A DNA stretch of 32,000 nucleotides from Candidatus Iainarchaeum sp. Its GTDB lineage: Archaea; Iainarchaeota; Iainarchaeia; Iainarchaeales; DTGL01. The position numbers and the translations under genes were made by a program. Location of the stretch: contig JAVYME010000001.1 of the NCBI GenBank assembly GCA_038736825.1, positions 42,708 to 74,707 on the forward strand, in the 5' to 3' direction. Positions 1-8,768 of the stretch are shown here, piece after piece (the stretch's first letter is position 1; every line of letters begins with the position of its first letter). The notes under the pieces are model-generated. The model did no database searches. It was not told the DNA's origin and saw only the letters and a program-made list of their open reading frames with translations.

Positions 1-164
1 AGCGTTTGCGTAACCAATTCTGGTTCAAAGAGCTCGTTTTGGTGGAATCCAAAAGCGTTAAAGGATTTCAAGGGCTCAAAGCTTAGCATTACAGAGTTTG
101 AGTTATCGCTTTTGCCTGGAAAAACCTGTATTGGACCAGAAGACTAAAAAAAAAAGCAAACCAA

Positions 165-173
165 TTTATATAA
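165..173 (+). promoter_or_regulatory. candidate archaeal TATA box for the first mini-membrane gene
   Basis: TTTATATAA lies about 20 nt upstream of the ATG at 194. This spacing fits a leaderless transcript. Confidence 0.4.
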
Positions 174-193
174 GGTCAGGCTATTTTTATTTC

Positions 194-664
194 ATGATGG
201 CATTGTTTGGTGCTTGGATTTTGCTTTTTTCATTCAGTGAATTGTTCAGCGACTTGAATCTTGCATTGAAACTGTTTGCATTGCTGGCAATAATTTCTTT
301 TGTTTACTCGCACTTGGGAAAAGGCCCTGTTTCCCTTGCACTTATTGCTGGAATCAGTGTTTTTGTCTTGTTTGATTACTGGAAGTTTTTTGGCGGAATA
401 TTTTTGCTTTACACTTTGCTCACTCTCGGCATTTCCGGCGTGCTGGTTGACTTTTTCTTTGTCAGCAACATGAGTGCCGGCCAAGAAAACCCGGACATGG
501 ATTCCTTGAAAATGGCTCAACGCGCTCAAGCCCTTCAAGCAGCAAACGAAATGCACCACCATGCTGCAAGCCAGAGTGGAATGCAGTACAGGGTTCCAAT
601 GCCGCCTCCTGGAGGCAGTGCTGGCCCTCAAAGGCCTGGACCGCAAAGGCCTATGGGGAGATAG
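194..664 (+). CDS. small integral membrane protein with a Pro/Gly/Gln-rich C-terminal tail (hypothetical)
   Basis: ORF 98..664. The first ATG at 194 (MMALFGAW...) follows the TATA box. The core is hydrophobic and multi-helix. The tail reads ...PMPPPGGSAGPQRPGPQRPMGR. Confidence 0.55.
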   Translation: MMALFGAWILLFSFSELFSDLNLALKLFALLAIISFVYSHLGKGPVSLALIAGISVFVLFDYWKFFGGIFLLYTLLTLGISGVLVDFFFVSNMSAGQENPDMDSLKMAQRAQALQAANEMHHHAASQSGMQYRVPMPPPGGSAGPQRPGPQRPMGR

Positions 665-681
665 TTTTTAGGTTGGTTTGA

Positions 682-993
682 ATGCTTATCCTAATAATAT
701 TGTTTTTTTTTGGAATATTGCTCTTGCTTCCACCGGTTATAATGCTTTTGTTTCCAATAGCCAATCTTTTAATGCGCATTCTTTTAGCATTCCTTATTCT
801 TACAACAGTTAGAGGCTATGTTGGCAATGGCGCTCTATCGCTTGTAATAAGTGGTGCCTTGATTTACTTGCTTGTAATAAAATGGGGTTATGTGACTGCA
901 TCGCTTTATGTTTTCTTTTATGTTTTGCTGGCTTTCCAGTTCTTGGGAGTGATTGTTTGGGGAACAAACAGCCTTATTAAGCCGCGCCGTTAA
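682..993 (+). CDS. small polytopic membrane protein (hypothetical, 103 aa)
   Basis: The ATG ORF is almost entirely hydrophobic. It is preceded by TAGGTTGGTTTGAATG, the same GGTTTGAATG context seen at 1345. Confidence 0.6.
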   Translation: MLILIILFFFGILLLLPPVIMLLFPIANLLMRILLAFLILTTVRGYVGNGALSLVISGALIYLLVIKWGYVTASLYVFFYVLLAFQFLGVIVWGTNSLIKPRR

Positions 994-1075
994 AGGTTTT
1001 TTTGAAAAAAAGCTCGCTGGAGGTAACAGAAAAGCATTTATTGTTTTAAACCCTTTATTTTGTGGGAGCAAAAAA

Positions 1076-1336
1076 ATGCCAGGCGATCTTTTTGCAAATG
1101 TAGCCATTGTCCTTGGCTTGATATATCTTATCTGGATTTATTCCTGGATAAAAAAACAGCTTGGTTCTGCAAAAATTGCCTTGCTCTTGTCAGTAATCAT
1201 TGTATACCTTACATTTTTCCAGTTTCCAGAACTGATTTGGGTTCCAGTTATTTTCTTTTTCTTGGCATTCTTTTTTTCTGGAATGTTTGAAAAGGTTGGA
1301 AAAGGCGAAACAAAAAAAGACTTTTACAGGTATTAG
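1076..1336 (+). CDS. small membrane protein (hypothetical, 86 aa)
   Basis: ORF 953..1336. The first ATG is at 1076 (MPGDLFANVAIVLGLIYLIW...). There are two to three hydrophobic helices. Confidence 0.5.
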   Translation: MPGDLFANVAIVLGLIYLIWIYSWIKKQLGSAKIALLLSVIIVYLTFFQFPELIWVPVIFFFLAFFFSGMFEKVGKGETKKDFYRY

Positions 1337-1344
1337 GGGTTTGA

Positions 1345-1680
1345 ATGGACACTCTTACAGTGCTTGTTTCAATAATATTGTTAATGCTTTTTGTCCAGTA
1401 CGAGCAAACCTGGCTTGTATTGGGCACAGTTCTTTTAGTGATTCTTTCCACTCGCTCTCTTTCCACAACCTTTGTAATGCTAATCGCTTTAGGAGTGGTT
1501 TTTATTACAAAAGACGCCATTAAAGAATTGTGGCCCCTGGTTATCTTTGGCTTATTGATTTTGTCGCTTGTAATAGAATTTGGAAAAAAACCACAACAAC
1601 CAGAATATTATGCTCCAGACTTGGGCGGAATGGGTGGAGACATGGGTGGACTGCCTGGAGGAATGGGCGGGCCTTTTTAA
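1345..1680 (+). CDS. small membrane protein with a GGM-repeat C-terminal tail (hypothetical, 111 aa)
   Basis: ATG ORF with three hydrophobic segments. The tail reads DLGGMGGDMGGLPGGMGGPF. The upstream context is TAGGGGTTTGAATG. Confidence 0.6.
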   Translation: MDTLTVLVSIILLMLFVQYEQTWLVLGTVLLVILSTRSLSTTFVMLIALGVVFITKDAIKELWPLVIFGLLILSLVIEFGKKPQQPEYYAPDLGGMGGDMGGLPGGMGGPF

Positions 1681-1714
1681 GCATTAAAGCAGCCTAAAAA
1701 TCGGGTGAAATGTT

Positions 1715-2092
1715 TTGCTGGCAATCGCTTTATGCTTGTTTTTTATAGCAATAATTCTTTTCGCATTAAACCAGCCTTTTTTTTCCCTCTTGTTTTTTTT
1801 GAGTGGATTGTTTGTATTAGCTGGAACTCTATTGCACAAGGGCGGAAAATATTCTGCAAAAAAGATAAAGCAAAATGCTTCCAAAATTGCTTCAGACATG
1901 CAAAAAGCCACTCCTTCAAGCCCAGAGAACGTTATAGGCGAAGGCTTGAATGTTTTGGGCAAAAAGGCAGGCGATGACTTGTGGGAGCAAAAAAAGAGTT
2001 GGGCAGTGGAAACCAAGAGTGTTGGCATAAGGGAAAGACTTGGAACAAGCTCAAAAGCATTAATTAAAAAATTTCAAGAGATTTTCAAATAA
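1715..2092 (+). CDS. membrane-anchored protein (hypothetical, 125 aa)
   Basis: TTG-start ORF with two N-terminal hydrophobic helices and a Lys-rich soluble tail. No in-frame ATG occurs before residue 62. Confidence 0.45.
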   Translation: MLAIALCLFFIAIILFALNQPFFSLLFFLSGLFVLAGTLLHKGGKYSAKKIKQNASKIASDMQKATPSSPENVIGEGLNVLGKKAGDDLWEQKKSWAVETKSVGIRERLGTSSKALIKKFQEIFK

Positions 2093-2099
2093 AAATTGT

Positions 2100-2939
2100 T
2101 TATGGCAGCCTGGCTAAAATTTTTCTGTCCACTTCAAGGATTTTTTCCATTAAAGCGCGCGTGGCAGCAGTCATGGCTTTGGTTTCCTCTATTTGCACTC
2201 TAAGCCTTTCAAGTTCTTGCATTAAGGCTTTTGTGTCCTCTGATGCTCCAGCCCAAAGCTTTACGGGCTTGCTTGCAATTGCTTCAAGGGAATTGCGCAT
2301 TTCGCTTATTTTTTTTTCCTGTTCTTCTAGAGCCAGCTCGGTTGCAGCCTGCTTCATGGCGGTTTCCTCAATGTGTTCCGCAAACCTGTCCGCTCCTGAA
2401 AAGGCTTTTTTTCCAAAAGGCTGTTCTTGAAAATAGTTTTCAGCAGGATAAGGCTGTGGTTTTGATGGCAACTCTTTTATTTTTTTTATTGCCTCAATTG
2501 TTTGCTTTTCCCTTATTTGTTCATTGGAAAGTTTGTGTTCAACAATTCGTTCAGGAACATCCCTTGGAACAGGCTTTGCTGGTTTTCTTTCTTCGTCTTC
2601 AAAGGCAGCGCTCAAGGCAGCTGCCTCTTCCTCGCTGAATTCACCCAAGTCCTCTTCAGGAAGAACCTCTTCCTCTGAAGAGCTTTCAAAAACCTCTTCT
2701 GCTTGAATTGTTTTTTTTGCCTCTGGCTTGGCTTGAGATTGAAATCCAGTCACAGGCGGCTTTTCAATAGAAGCGCTTGGCTTGCTGGAAAAAGTTGCAC
2801 CGGAGGCCTTTGCCATGAACTCTTGAATTTGCGCATCATTCAAGCCAATGTCTTCCAAAGTGCTTATTATAATTGAATCCTCTAAGCCGGCGTCTTTCAT
2901 TTTCCGGATTGTGTCCATTACAACTTCTTCGTCAACCAT
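2100..2939 (-). CDS. acidic coiled-coil protein with a small N-terminal helical (UBA-like) domain (hypothetical)
   Basis: 279-aa ATG ORF. It has a Glu-rich low-complexity linker and a C-terminal heptad-like region (EEQEKKISEMRNSLEAI...LERLRVQIEETKAM). Confidence 0.65.
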   Translation of the reverse strand: MVDEEVVMDTIRKMKDAGLEDSIIISTLEDIGLNDAQIQEFMAKASGATFSSKPSASIEKPPVTGFQSQAKPEAKKTIQAEEVFESSSEEEVLPEEDLGEFSEEEAAALSAAFEDEERKPAKPVPRDVPERIVEHKLSNEQIREKQTIEAIKKIKELPSKPQPYPAENYFQEQPFGKKAFSGADRFAEHIEETAMKQAATELALEEQEKKISEMRNSLEAIASKPVKLWAGASEDTKALMQELERLRVQIEETKAMTAATRALMEKILEVDRKILARLP

Positions 2940-3139
2940 TCCCTGCTCACGTTTCCCCGCGCTAAAAAAAAGCGGATATATGATTAACCATATTGTTATT
3001 TAAAAAGCTATTTAAACCATGGAAAGAGGTCTTAAATGTTGCCAAAACACCTTGAAAAGCTTTAAATTATTCAAAAACCACTGTGGAAAGGTTTAAATTA
3101 GTCAGCCTTGTCTTATTTAAAGGAAAAGGCTGGTTAAAA

Positions 3140-4678
3140 ATGGATTTCAAGCTCAACAATGGCCCTTGGACACAACTGTCATCAGGCTCAATGCAGGGCC
3201 ATGAAGTGGAAATTTACGCCAACCCTGACAGCCTGGTGCTTGCAATGGTTTTTGACTCAGAGGAAGGCGTGCACAAGGGCGCCCTGCTTGAATGCTATAA
3301 GGTTTTCCATTGCAAGGGCAACATAGAGGCATTCGTTGAAACCCTGCCAAGAAGAGCTCTAACCATAACAAAGCACACTGCAAAGGAAACATTCAAGTTT
3401 TTATTGCTGGATTCAGGTTCAACCTATGCAAGCTATGACGAAGAATCCTTTGTAAGGGAAACAGATGCATTGATTTCCAAAATAAAACCCTTTTCTTCAC
3501 TAGTGCAAGAAGTGAGCTCTGCATACGATTTAGACTTAGTGGAACTCAAGAATTGCGCAGACCAAGAAAAACTCGCTTTTTTCACAATTCCCATAATCGG
3601 CTTGCTTATTTCTCCGGCAGTGAAAAGAAAAGAGGAAACCCTTAGAGTGGAACTCGGGCACGGAGAAATAATGCTTGGAATAACAAAACTGGGCACAATA
3701 GTAAAAGAGCCATTTGATTTTTTTGAAAAAACAATAGTTTGTGGAAACACTAAAAGCGGGAGAATGCATGCCTTTCACATACTCATTGAAAGCACGCTTT
3801 TGTCCAACATGCCAGCCATAATAATAGACTGGGATTCCTTGTTTGCAGGATTGCATTTTCCAAACGAAGAAATTGCAGAACTAAAAAAATACAATGTTGG
3901 CTTGGATCCCCTTGGGTTTCCCATAAAAGTCTTCAAGCCGGGAACAGACTTAAAAGCAGACCTTGAATTCTTGGATCCAAAAACATTCCTGGCAGCCTTT
4001 GGCTTGCTGGACAAACCGCAAGGAATAATCATAGAACAAGCGTTTGCTCTGGGAAAAAGCGCGGACATCTTCCAGCTCATTGACAGGGTCAATGCAATCC
4101 CGGAAGGCGAGCACGTCACTCCATTCAAAAAAAGAGAGGCTGCAAGAATCCTCATGCTAATAGATTCAATTTATCCAGGGCTTTTCACTGGCACAAACCC
4201 GATAAAAGAAATTGCAGAAGGTTGGCTGAAAGGAATAGGCAGAGCCAACATTTTGGAAATGGAGAGAACAGACATAAGGAAAAACCTTTTAATATTGCAA
4301 TCCATTATTTCAGGAGTGCTTGAATTCTTTCGCTCTGCAGGCAAAAGCGAAATGCTCAAAGCAATGGTTTTCGTTACAGACAGCGAAATCGTTGTTCCAG
4401 CATTCAAGGCAAACGCTGCCCACAAACGCATTGCACTAGACATTTCCCAGTTAAGAGAATACGGTGTAGGCTATGCGCTAGAGTTAAGGGACAAAGTAAA
4501 CCTTGCAAAAGAACTAAAATCGCAAGTGCAAGCAGCAATAACCCTCATAGAAAAAAACGATGCCGGCGTAATAGTTGAAAGACGCAAAAACTATCGCGTG
4601 CTATTAAGGCCTGGCTTGAGCAAGTGCACAGAACTAAGGATTGAGGAAGCAAAAGCCCTTACCCCAGTAAAAATTTGA
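3140..4678 (+). CDS. HerA/VirB4(DUF87)-like P-loop NTPase-fold protein with degenerate Walker A
   Basis: ORF 3083..4678, with a likely ATG at 3140. The segment KTIVCGNTKSGRMHAFHILIESTLLSNMPAIIIDWDSLF resembles the HerA arrangement h-h-G-x-T-G-S-G-K-S...hhhhD. Here GK[ST] is replaced by GRM. Confidence 0.45.
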   Translation: MDFKLNNGPWTQLSSGSMQGHEVEIYANPDSLVLAMVFDSEEGVHKGALLECYKVFHCKGNIEAFVETLPRRALTITKHTAKETFKFLLLDSGSTYASYDEESFVRETDALISKIKPFSSLVQEVSSAYDLDLVELKNCADQEKLAFFTIPIIGLLISPAVKRKEETLRVELGHGEIMLGITKLGTIVKEPFDFFEKTIVCGNTKSGRMHAFHILIESTLLSNMPAIIIDWDSLFAGLHFPNEEIAELKKYNVGLDPLGFPIKVFKPGTDLKADLEFLDPKTFLAAFGLLDKPQGIIIEQAFALGKSADIFQLIDRVNAIPEGEHVTPFKKREAARILMLIDSIYPGLFTGTNPIKEIAEGWLKGIGRANILEMERTDIRKNLLILQSIISGVLEFFRSAGKSEMLKAMVFVTDSEIVVPAFKANAAHKRIALDISQLREYGVGYALELRDKVNLAKELKSQVQAAITLIEKNDAGVIVERRKNYRVLLRPGLSKCTELRIEEAKALTPVKI

Positions 4679-4708
4679 AAACCCTAAAATTCCAATTTTC
4701 AGAAAAAC

Positions 4709-5212
4709 TCAGTCCAGGGTGATTTGCCTGTCCTTTTGCTGTTTTTCCATTGCATTCTTGACAATGTCCTTTACTTGGTCGATAGTGGCAAGATTCAAGG
4801 GATTGATTGAATCAACAATATAGCGCAATTCCTTGAGCTCTTCAGAGCTGACAAACTTTCTGTTTGCATTCGCAATGGAAATATTCAGTTCCTCAAACTT
4901 TTTGTCCATTGCGTCAATTCTTTTCTGGAGCTCTTCAAACCTCTTTAAAACAGATTCCGGCACCTCTTGTGTTTCCCTTTGCTCAGCCAATTCCTTTATT
5001 TTTTTGTTCAAAACAATCAGGTTTCTTCCAAGGATTTTTTCATTCCTTGTCAAATGCCGCATTTTCTGGGAAATAATCGAAATCGCGCTATTCATTGCCT
5101 TGACATCCTCGCGCAACTGCATTAACAAAACCGAGGCTTTCACTGCATGCGGTCTCTCGCGCTGAACTGGGCTCATTCTGTCCCCGCCAAGAGGCCTCAT
5201 TTCAGGCGGCAT
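4709..5212 (-). CDS. coiled-coil protein (hypothetical, up to 167 aa)
   Basis: ATG ORF with charged heptad-rich sequence (KKIKELAEQRETQEV...FEELQKRIDAMDKKFEELN). Alternative ATG starts exist at residues 5 and 13. Confidence 0.6.
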   Translation of the reverse strand: MPPEMRPLGGDRMSPVQRERPHAVKASVLLMQLREDVKAMNSAISIISQKMRHLTRNEKILGRNLIVLNKKIKELAEQRETQEVPESVLKRFEELQKRIDAMDKKFEELNISIANANRKFVSSEELKELRYIVDSINPLNLATIDQVKDIVKNAMEKQQKDRQITLD

Positions 5213-5380
5213 TCAAAAACACCAAAAAAAATTCCTTTTTTTACACTCAACCATTATCCCGCTTGGTTTTCATGCTGTCAACAATGGCTTTTTCTGCCAT
5301 TTGAACATGCATTCAACAGCCTTATTATTAGGTGCTTCAAGTTTAATAAATTTGCCCCTTAAATAATAAGTGGTAAAAAA

Positions 5381-7801
5381 ATGGCTGGAAAGACTAAAGG
5401 CTTGCTCTTGGACACAGACTATCTTGCAGGAGAGCAATCAATAATCAGGCTTTTTTTTTCCACAAAAAACGGAAAACTGGTTTTAAAGGACTCATCCTTT
5501 GAACCCTATTTTTATGTAATGGTTTCAGGGAACCCTGAAAACTGTGCAAAGGAAATAATGCAGGGCACATTCAATGGAGTGAAACCTAAAAGAGTGGAAA
5601 TTGTTGAAAAAAAACCGTTTCCTGGAAAAGAAACCCAAAAAGTGCTCAAAATAGCCTTCAATTCAACCAAAGACGTAAAACAGTCAAGGGAAAGCATTCG
5701 CGCACTGCCATTTGTCCTCCACAAAAGGGAATACGATATTCCGTTTTCAAAACGCTACCTCATAGACAAGGGCTTGGAGCCATTATGCGAATACGAAATA
5801 GAATTTGATGAAAAAAACATGGAACTAAAATCCATAAAAAAGAAAAGCGATTCAACGCCGGCATTGCGCATAGGGGCATTTGATTTTGAAACAGACTCTG
5901 CAGGCAATTTTTCAGACCCAAAAAAAAACCCTATCCTGCTTGCAAGCTATGTTGACAGCGAAGAACAAGTGGTTTTTTCAGAAAAAAAAATAGAAAAAGA
6001 ATACGTTGTCCTTGTAAAAAACGAAAAAGAATTGCTGGAAAAACTCATAGAAAAAATCAATTCCAAAAACCTTGACATAATAACCACTTACAATGGCGAC
6101 AACTTTGACTTTCCCTACCTGCTTGAAAGAGCAAAACAGCTTGGCGTGAAAACAGGGATTGGCGCAGACGGTTCCGAACCAAAAGCAGTGAAAAAAGGCT
6201 TGGAGCAGGCTTTTGCAGTAAAAGGAGTGCAGCACGTGGACGCATACCAAGTGCTAAGGGTTCTCTCGCGCTTTGGAATAGTGAACCTCATAAAATTTGA
6301 CTTGGAGTCAGTGGACAAAGCCTTGTTTGGAGAAGAAAAGGAAAAAATCACTGCAGAACAAATAGTGGAAATCTGGCACACCGGCAAAGGACTGGAAAGG
6401 CTTGCAGAATACAATCGCAGGGATTCAGAGGTAACATACCGCATAGTAAAAGAATTTTTGCCTGTTTTTGTTGAAATAGGAAAACTGGTTCACCAAACCC
6501 TTTTTGATGTGACAAGAAGCGGAGCCTCACAACTGGTTGAAGCCCTTTTAATAAGAGAAGCCTTCACGCAAAACGTTCTCGTTCCAAACAAGCCCTCAGA
6601 GCAAGAAGCACGCATGCGAATAATGCAAACCTATAAGGGCGGTTTTGTACGAGAACCTGAAAAAGGATTGCATGAAAACCTTGCAGTCCTGGATTTCACT
6701 TCCTTGCACCCAACCATAATGATAAGCCACAACATTTCACCAGACACAGTGGACTGCGAGCACCAAGAATGCAGGGAAAAAAACATGAGCCCTGAAAACC
6801 ACTGGTTTTGCACCAAGCGCAAAGGCTTCATTTCATCCATTTTAGAGCGATTATTCAACAAAAGAATAGAATTGAAAAAGGAAATGAAGTCATTGAAAAA
6901 AGGCTCACAAGAATACAATGCGGTTTTCGCTCGCCAGCAAGCCCTCAAAATATTGCTCAACTCTTTTTATGGCACGCTTGCCTTTTCACACTTTCGCTGG
7001 TATTCAATGGAAAGCGCAATGGCTGTCACTGGATGGAGCAGGGAATACGTTCAATGGGTGGCAAAAGAAGCAGAAAAAGCCGGCTTCAAAACAATCTATA
7101 ACGACACAGACTCTGAATTCTTGAAAATCCCTGAAGGCAAAACCCAAAAAGACGTTCAAAAATTCCTTGAAAAAATAAACTCTGAGCTGCCAGAAATAAT
7201 GAACCTCGAACTTGAAGGCTTTTACAAGCGCGGCATCTTTGTAACAAAAAAAAGCAGTGAAAGCACTGCAAAGAAAAAATACGCTTTAATAGACTATAAC
7301 GGCAACCTGAAAATAGTTGGCTTTGAATACGTGCGCAGGGATTGGGCAAAAATAGCAAAAGAAACCCAGCGCTCAGTAATAGAAGCAATACTCAAAGAAG
7401 GCAGCCCAGAAAAAGCAATTGAAATAGTGAAAAAAGCAATCAAAACACTAAAAGAAGGAAAAGCAAAAAAATCCGACCTAGTAATCTATTCCCAGATAAA
7501 AAAAGCAATTGGCCGCTATGAATCCGTTGGACCCCATGTTGCTGCTGCAAAAAAAGCGATTGCCTTGGGAAAACCGCTTGAAGAAGGCTCAATGATAGGA
7601 TACATTGTAACGCGGGCTGGCAAAAGCATTAGTGACAAAGCACAACTTGAAGAATTTGTGGCTGAAGGAAACTATGATGCCGATTATTACATTGAAAACC
7701 AGGTTATTCCAGCAGTAATAAAAATCATTCGCGAATTAGGTTATAGCGAGGAAGACTTGATTCACGGAGGCAAACAGTCAAGCCTTGGAGCGTTCGAGTA
7801 A
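5381..7801 (+). CDS. polB: family B DNA polymerase (archaeal PolB)
   Basis: Exo I is FDFETDS, Exo II is YNGDNFDFPYL and Exo III is YNRRDSEVTY. Motif A is LDFTSLHPTIM, motif B is KILLNSFYG and motif C is YNDTDSEF. KKKYALID is also present. At 806 aa there is no intein. Confidence 0.95.
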   Translation: MAGKTKGLLLDTDYLAGEQSIIRLFFSTKNGKLVLKDSSFEPYFYVMVSGNPENCAKEIMQGTFNGVKPKRVEIVEKKPFPGKETQKVLKIAFNSTKDVKQSRESIRALPFVLHKREYDIPFSKRYLIDKGLEPLCEYEIEFDEKNMELKSIKKKSDSTPALRIGAFDFETDSAGNFSDPKKNPILLASYVDSEEQVVFSEKKIEKEYVVLVKNEKELLEKLIEKINSKNLDIITTYNGDNFDFPYLLERAKQLGVKTGIGADGSEPKAVKKGLEQAFAVKGVQHVDAYQVLRVLSRFGIVNLIKFDLESVDKALFGEEKEKITAEQIVEIWHTGKGLERLAEYNRRDSEVTYRIVKEFLPVFVEIGKLVHQTLFDVTRSGASQLVEALLIREAFTQNVLVPNKPSEQEARMRIMQTYKGGFVREPEKGLHENLAVLDFTSLHPTIMISHNISPDTVDCEHQECREKNMSPENHWFCTKRKGFISSILERLFNKRIELKKEMKSLKKGSQEYNAVFARQQALKILLNSFYGTLAFSHFRWYSMESAMAVTGWSREYVQWVAKEAEKAGFKTIYNDTDSEFLKIPEGKTQKDVQKFLEKINSELPEIMNLELEGFYKRGIFVTKKSSESTAKKKYALIDYNGNLKIVGFEYVRRDWAKIAKETQRSVIEAILKEGSPEKAIEIVKKAIKTLKEGKAKKSDLVIYSQIKKAIGRYESVGPHVAAAKKAIALGKPLEEGSMIGYIVTRAGKSISDKAQLEEFVAEGNYDADYYIENQVIPAVIKIIRELGYSEEDLIHGGKQSSLGAFE

Positions 7802-7829
7802 AAAAAACTGCATTTAATGGAGTGGTTTA

Positions 7830-8768
7830 ATGGACAAAAAAGAAATAGAAAAGCACTTGAAAGCAGGCGAAATCGCTTGGGAGGCACAACAAGAGGCAAA
7901 AAAAATACTTCAACCCAATTGCAGTCTTTTCGAGGCAGCTGAAAAAATAGAGGAATTCATAATCAAAAAAGGCGCTAAACCGGCTTTTCCAGTCAATTTG
8001 AGCCTTAACGAGGAAGCAGCACACCACACTCCAGAATGGAATGACAAACTGTTATTGCGAGACAGGGATCTCTTAAAAGTGGACATTGGAGTGCACGTTG
8101 AAGGCAGGATTGCGGATTGCGCTTTTTCCTTAAACCATGACGGGCGATGGCAAGCCCTAATAGAGGCAAGCGAGCTAGCCCTAAAAAACGCTTCAGCCTT
8201 GCTTGAAAAAAACCCTTCTCTTGGAGAAATCGGTGCAGAAATCCAGAAAACCATTGAAGGCAAGGGCTTTAAGCCAGTGCAAAACCTTACAGGGCACTCT
8301 CTGGAATTATACGCACAACACGCTCCTCCAAGCATTCCCAACACTTATAAAAACGATTCAAGGAAAATAGAGGAAAACAAGGCTTTTGCAATAGAGCCTT
8401 TTGCCACAAACGGTGACGGCTTTGTGCGGGACAGCATGGAATCAGGCATTTTTGAAATAGACGAGCCAAGAAACACAAGAAACCCGCATGCAAGAAAAAT
8501 CCTGGAATTTGCAGTGGAAAACTATAAAACCCTGCCATTTGCTGAAAGATGGCTTGCAAGGGAAATGAAGTTAAGCGAATTTGAATTGAAAATCGGGTTA
8601 AGGCATCTTTTAAGGGAAAAATGCATTAAAGCATTTCCAGTGCTAAAGGAAAGAAAGGATTGCATGGTGTCACAAGCAGAGAATAGCTTTATAAAGAGCG
8701 AAAACAAAATACTTACCATAATTGCTTTGAGGAAAAACAATGCTGGAAGCCCTGAAAGCAGCGGTTAA
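7830..8768 (+). CDS. map: type 2 (archaeal) methionine aminopeptidase
   Basis: The N-terminus EKHLKAGEIAWEA... is typical. The metal ligands are in place: VDIGVHVEGRIADCAFS (D, D), TGHSL (H), FAIEPF (E) and SQAENSF (E). Confidence 0.9.
   Translation: MDKKEIEKHLKAGEIAWEAQQEAKKILQPNCSLFEAAEKIEEFIIKKGAKPAFPVNLSLNEEAAHHTPEWNDKLLLRDRDLLKVDIGVHVEGRIADCAFSLNHDGRWQALIEASELALKNASALLEKNPSLGEIGAEIQKTIEGKGFKPVQNLTGHSLELYAQHAPPSIPNTYKNDSRKIEENKAFAIEPFATNGDGFVRDSMESGIFEIDEPRNTRNPHARKILEFAVENYKTLPFAERWLAREMKLSEFELKIGLRHLLREKCIKAFPVLKERKDCMVSQAENSFIKSENKILTIIALRKNNAGSPESSG

Noticed and set aside
2999-3122. Five exact TTTAAA hexamers in the divergent intergenic region between the acidic coiled-coil gene and the P-loop gene
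   Set aside because: This is most simply explained as alternative TATA boxes in AT-rich promoter DNA. The spacing is irregular and there is no flanking repeat unit.
4679-4708. TGAAAA...TTTTCA inverted repeat between convergent genes
   Set aside because: The 6-bp A/T-only stem has a 14-nt loop, which is too weak to call as a terminator.
5381-7801. Possible intein or insertion in PolB
   Set aside because: At 806 aa, all motifs have normal spacing. There are no Cys/Ser...His-Asn splice junction blocks.
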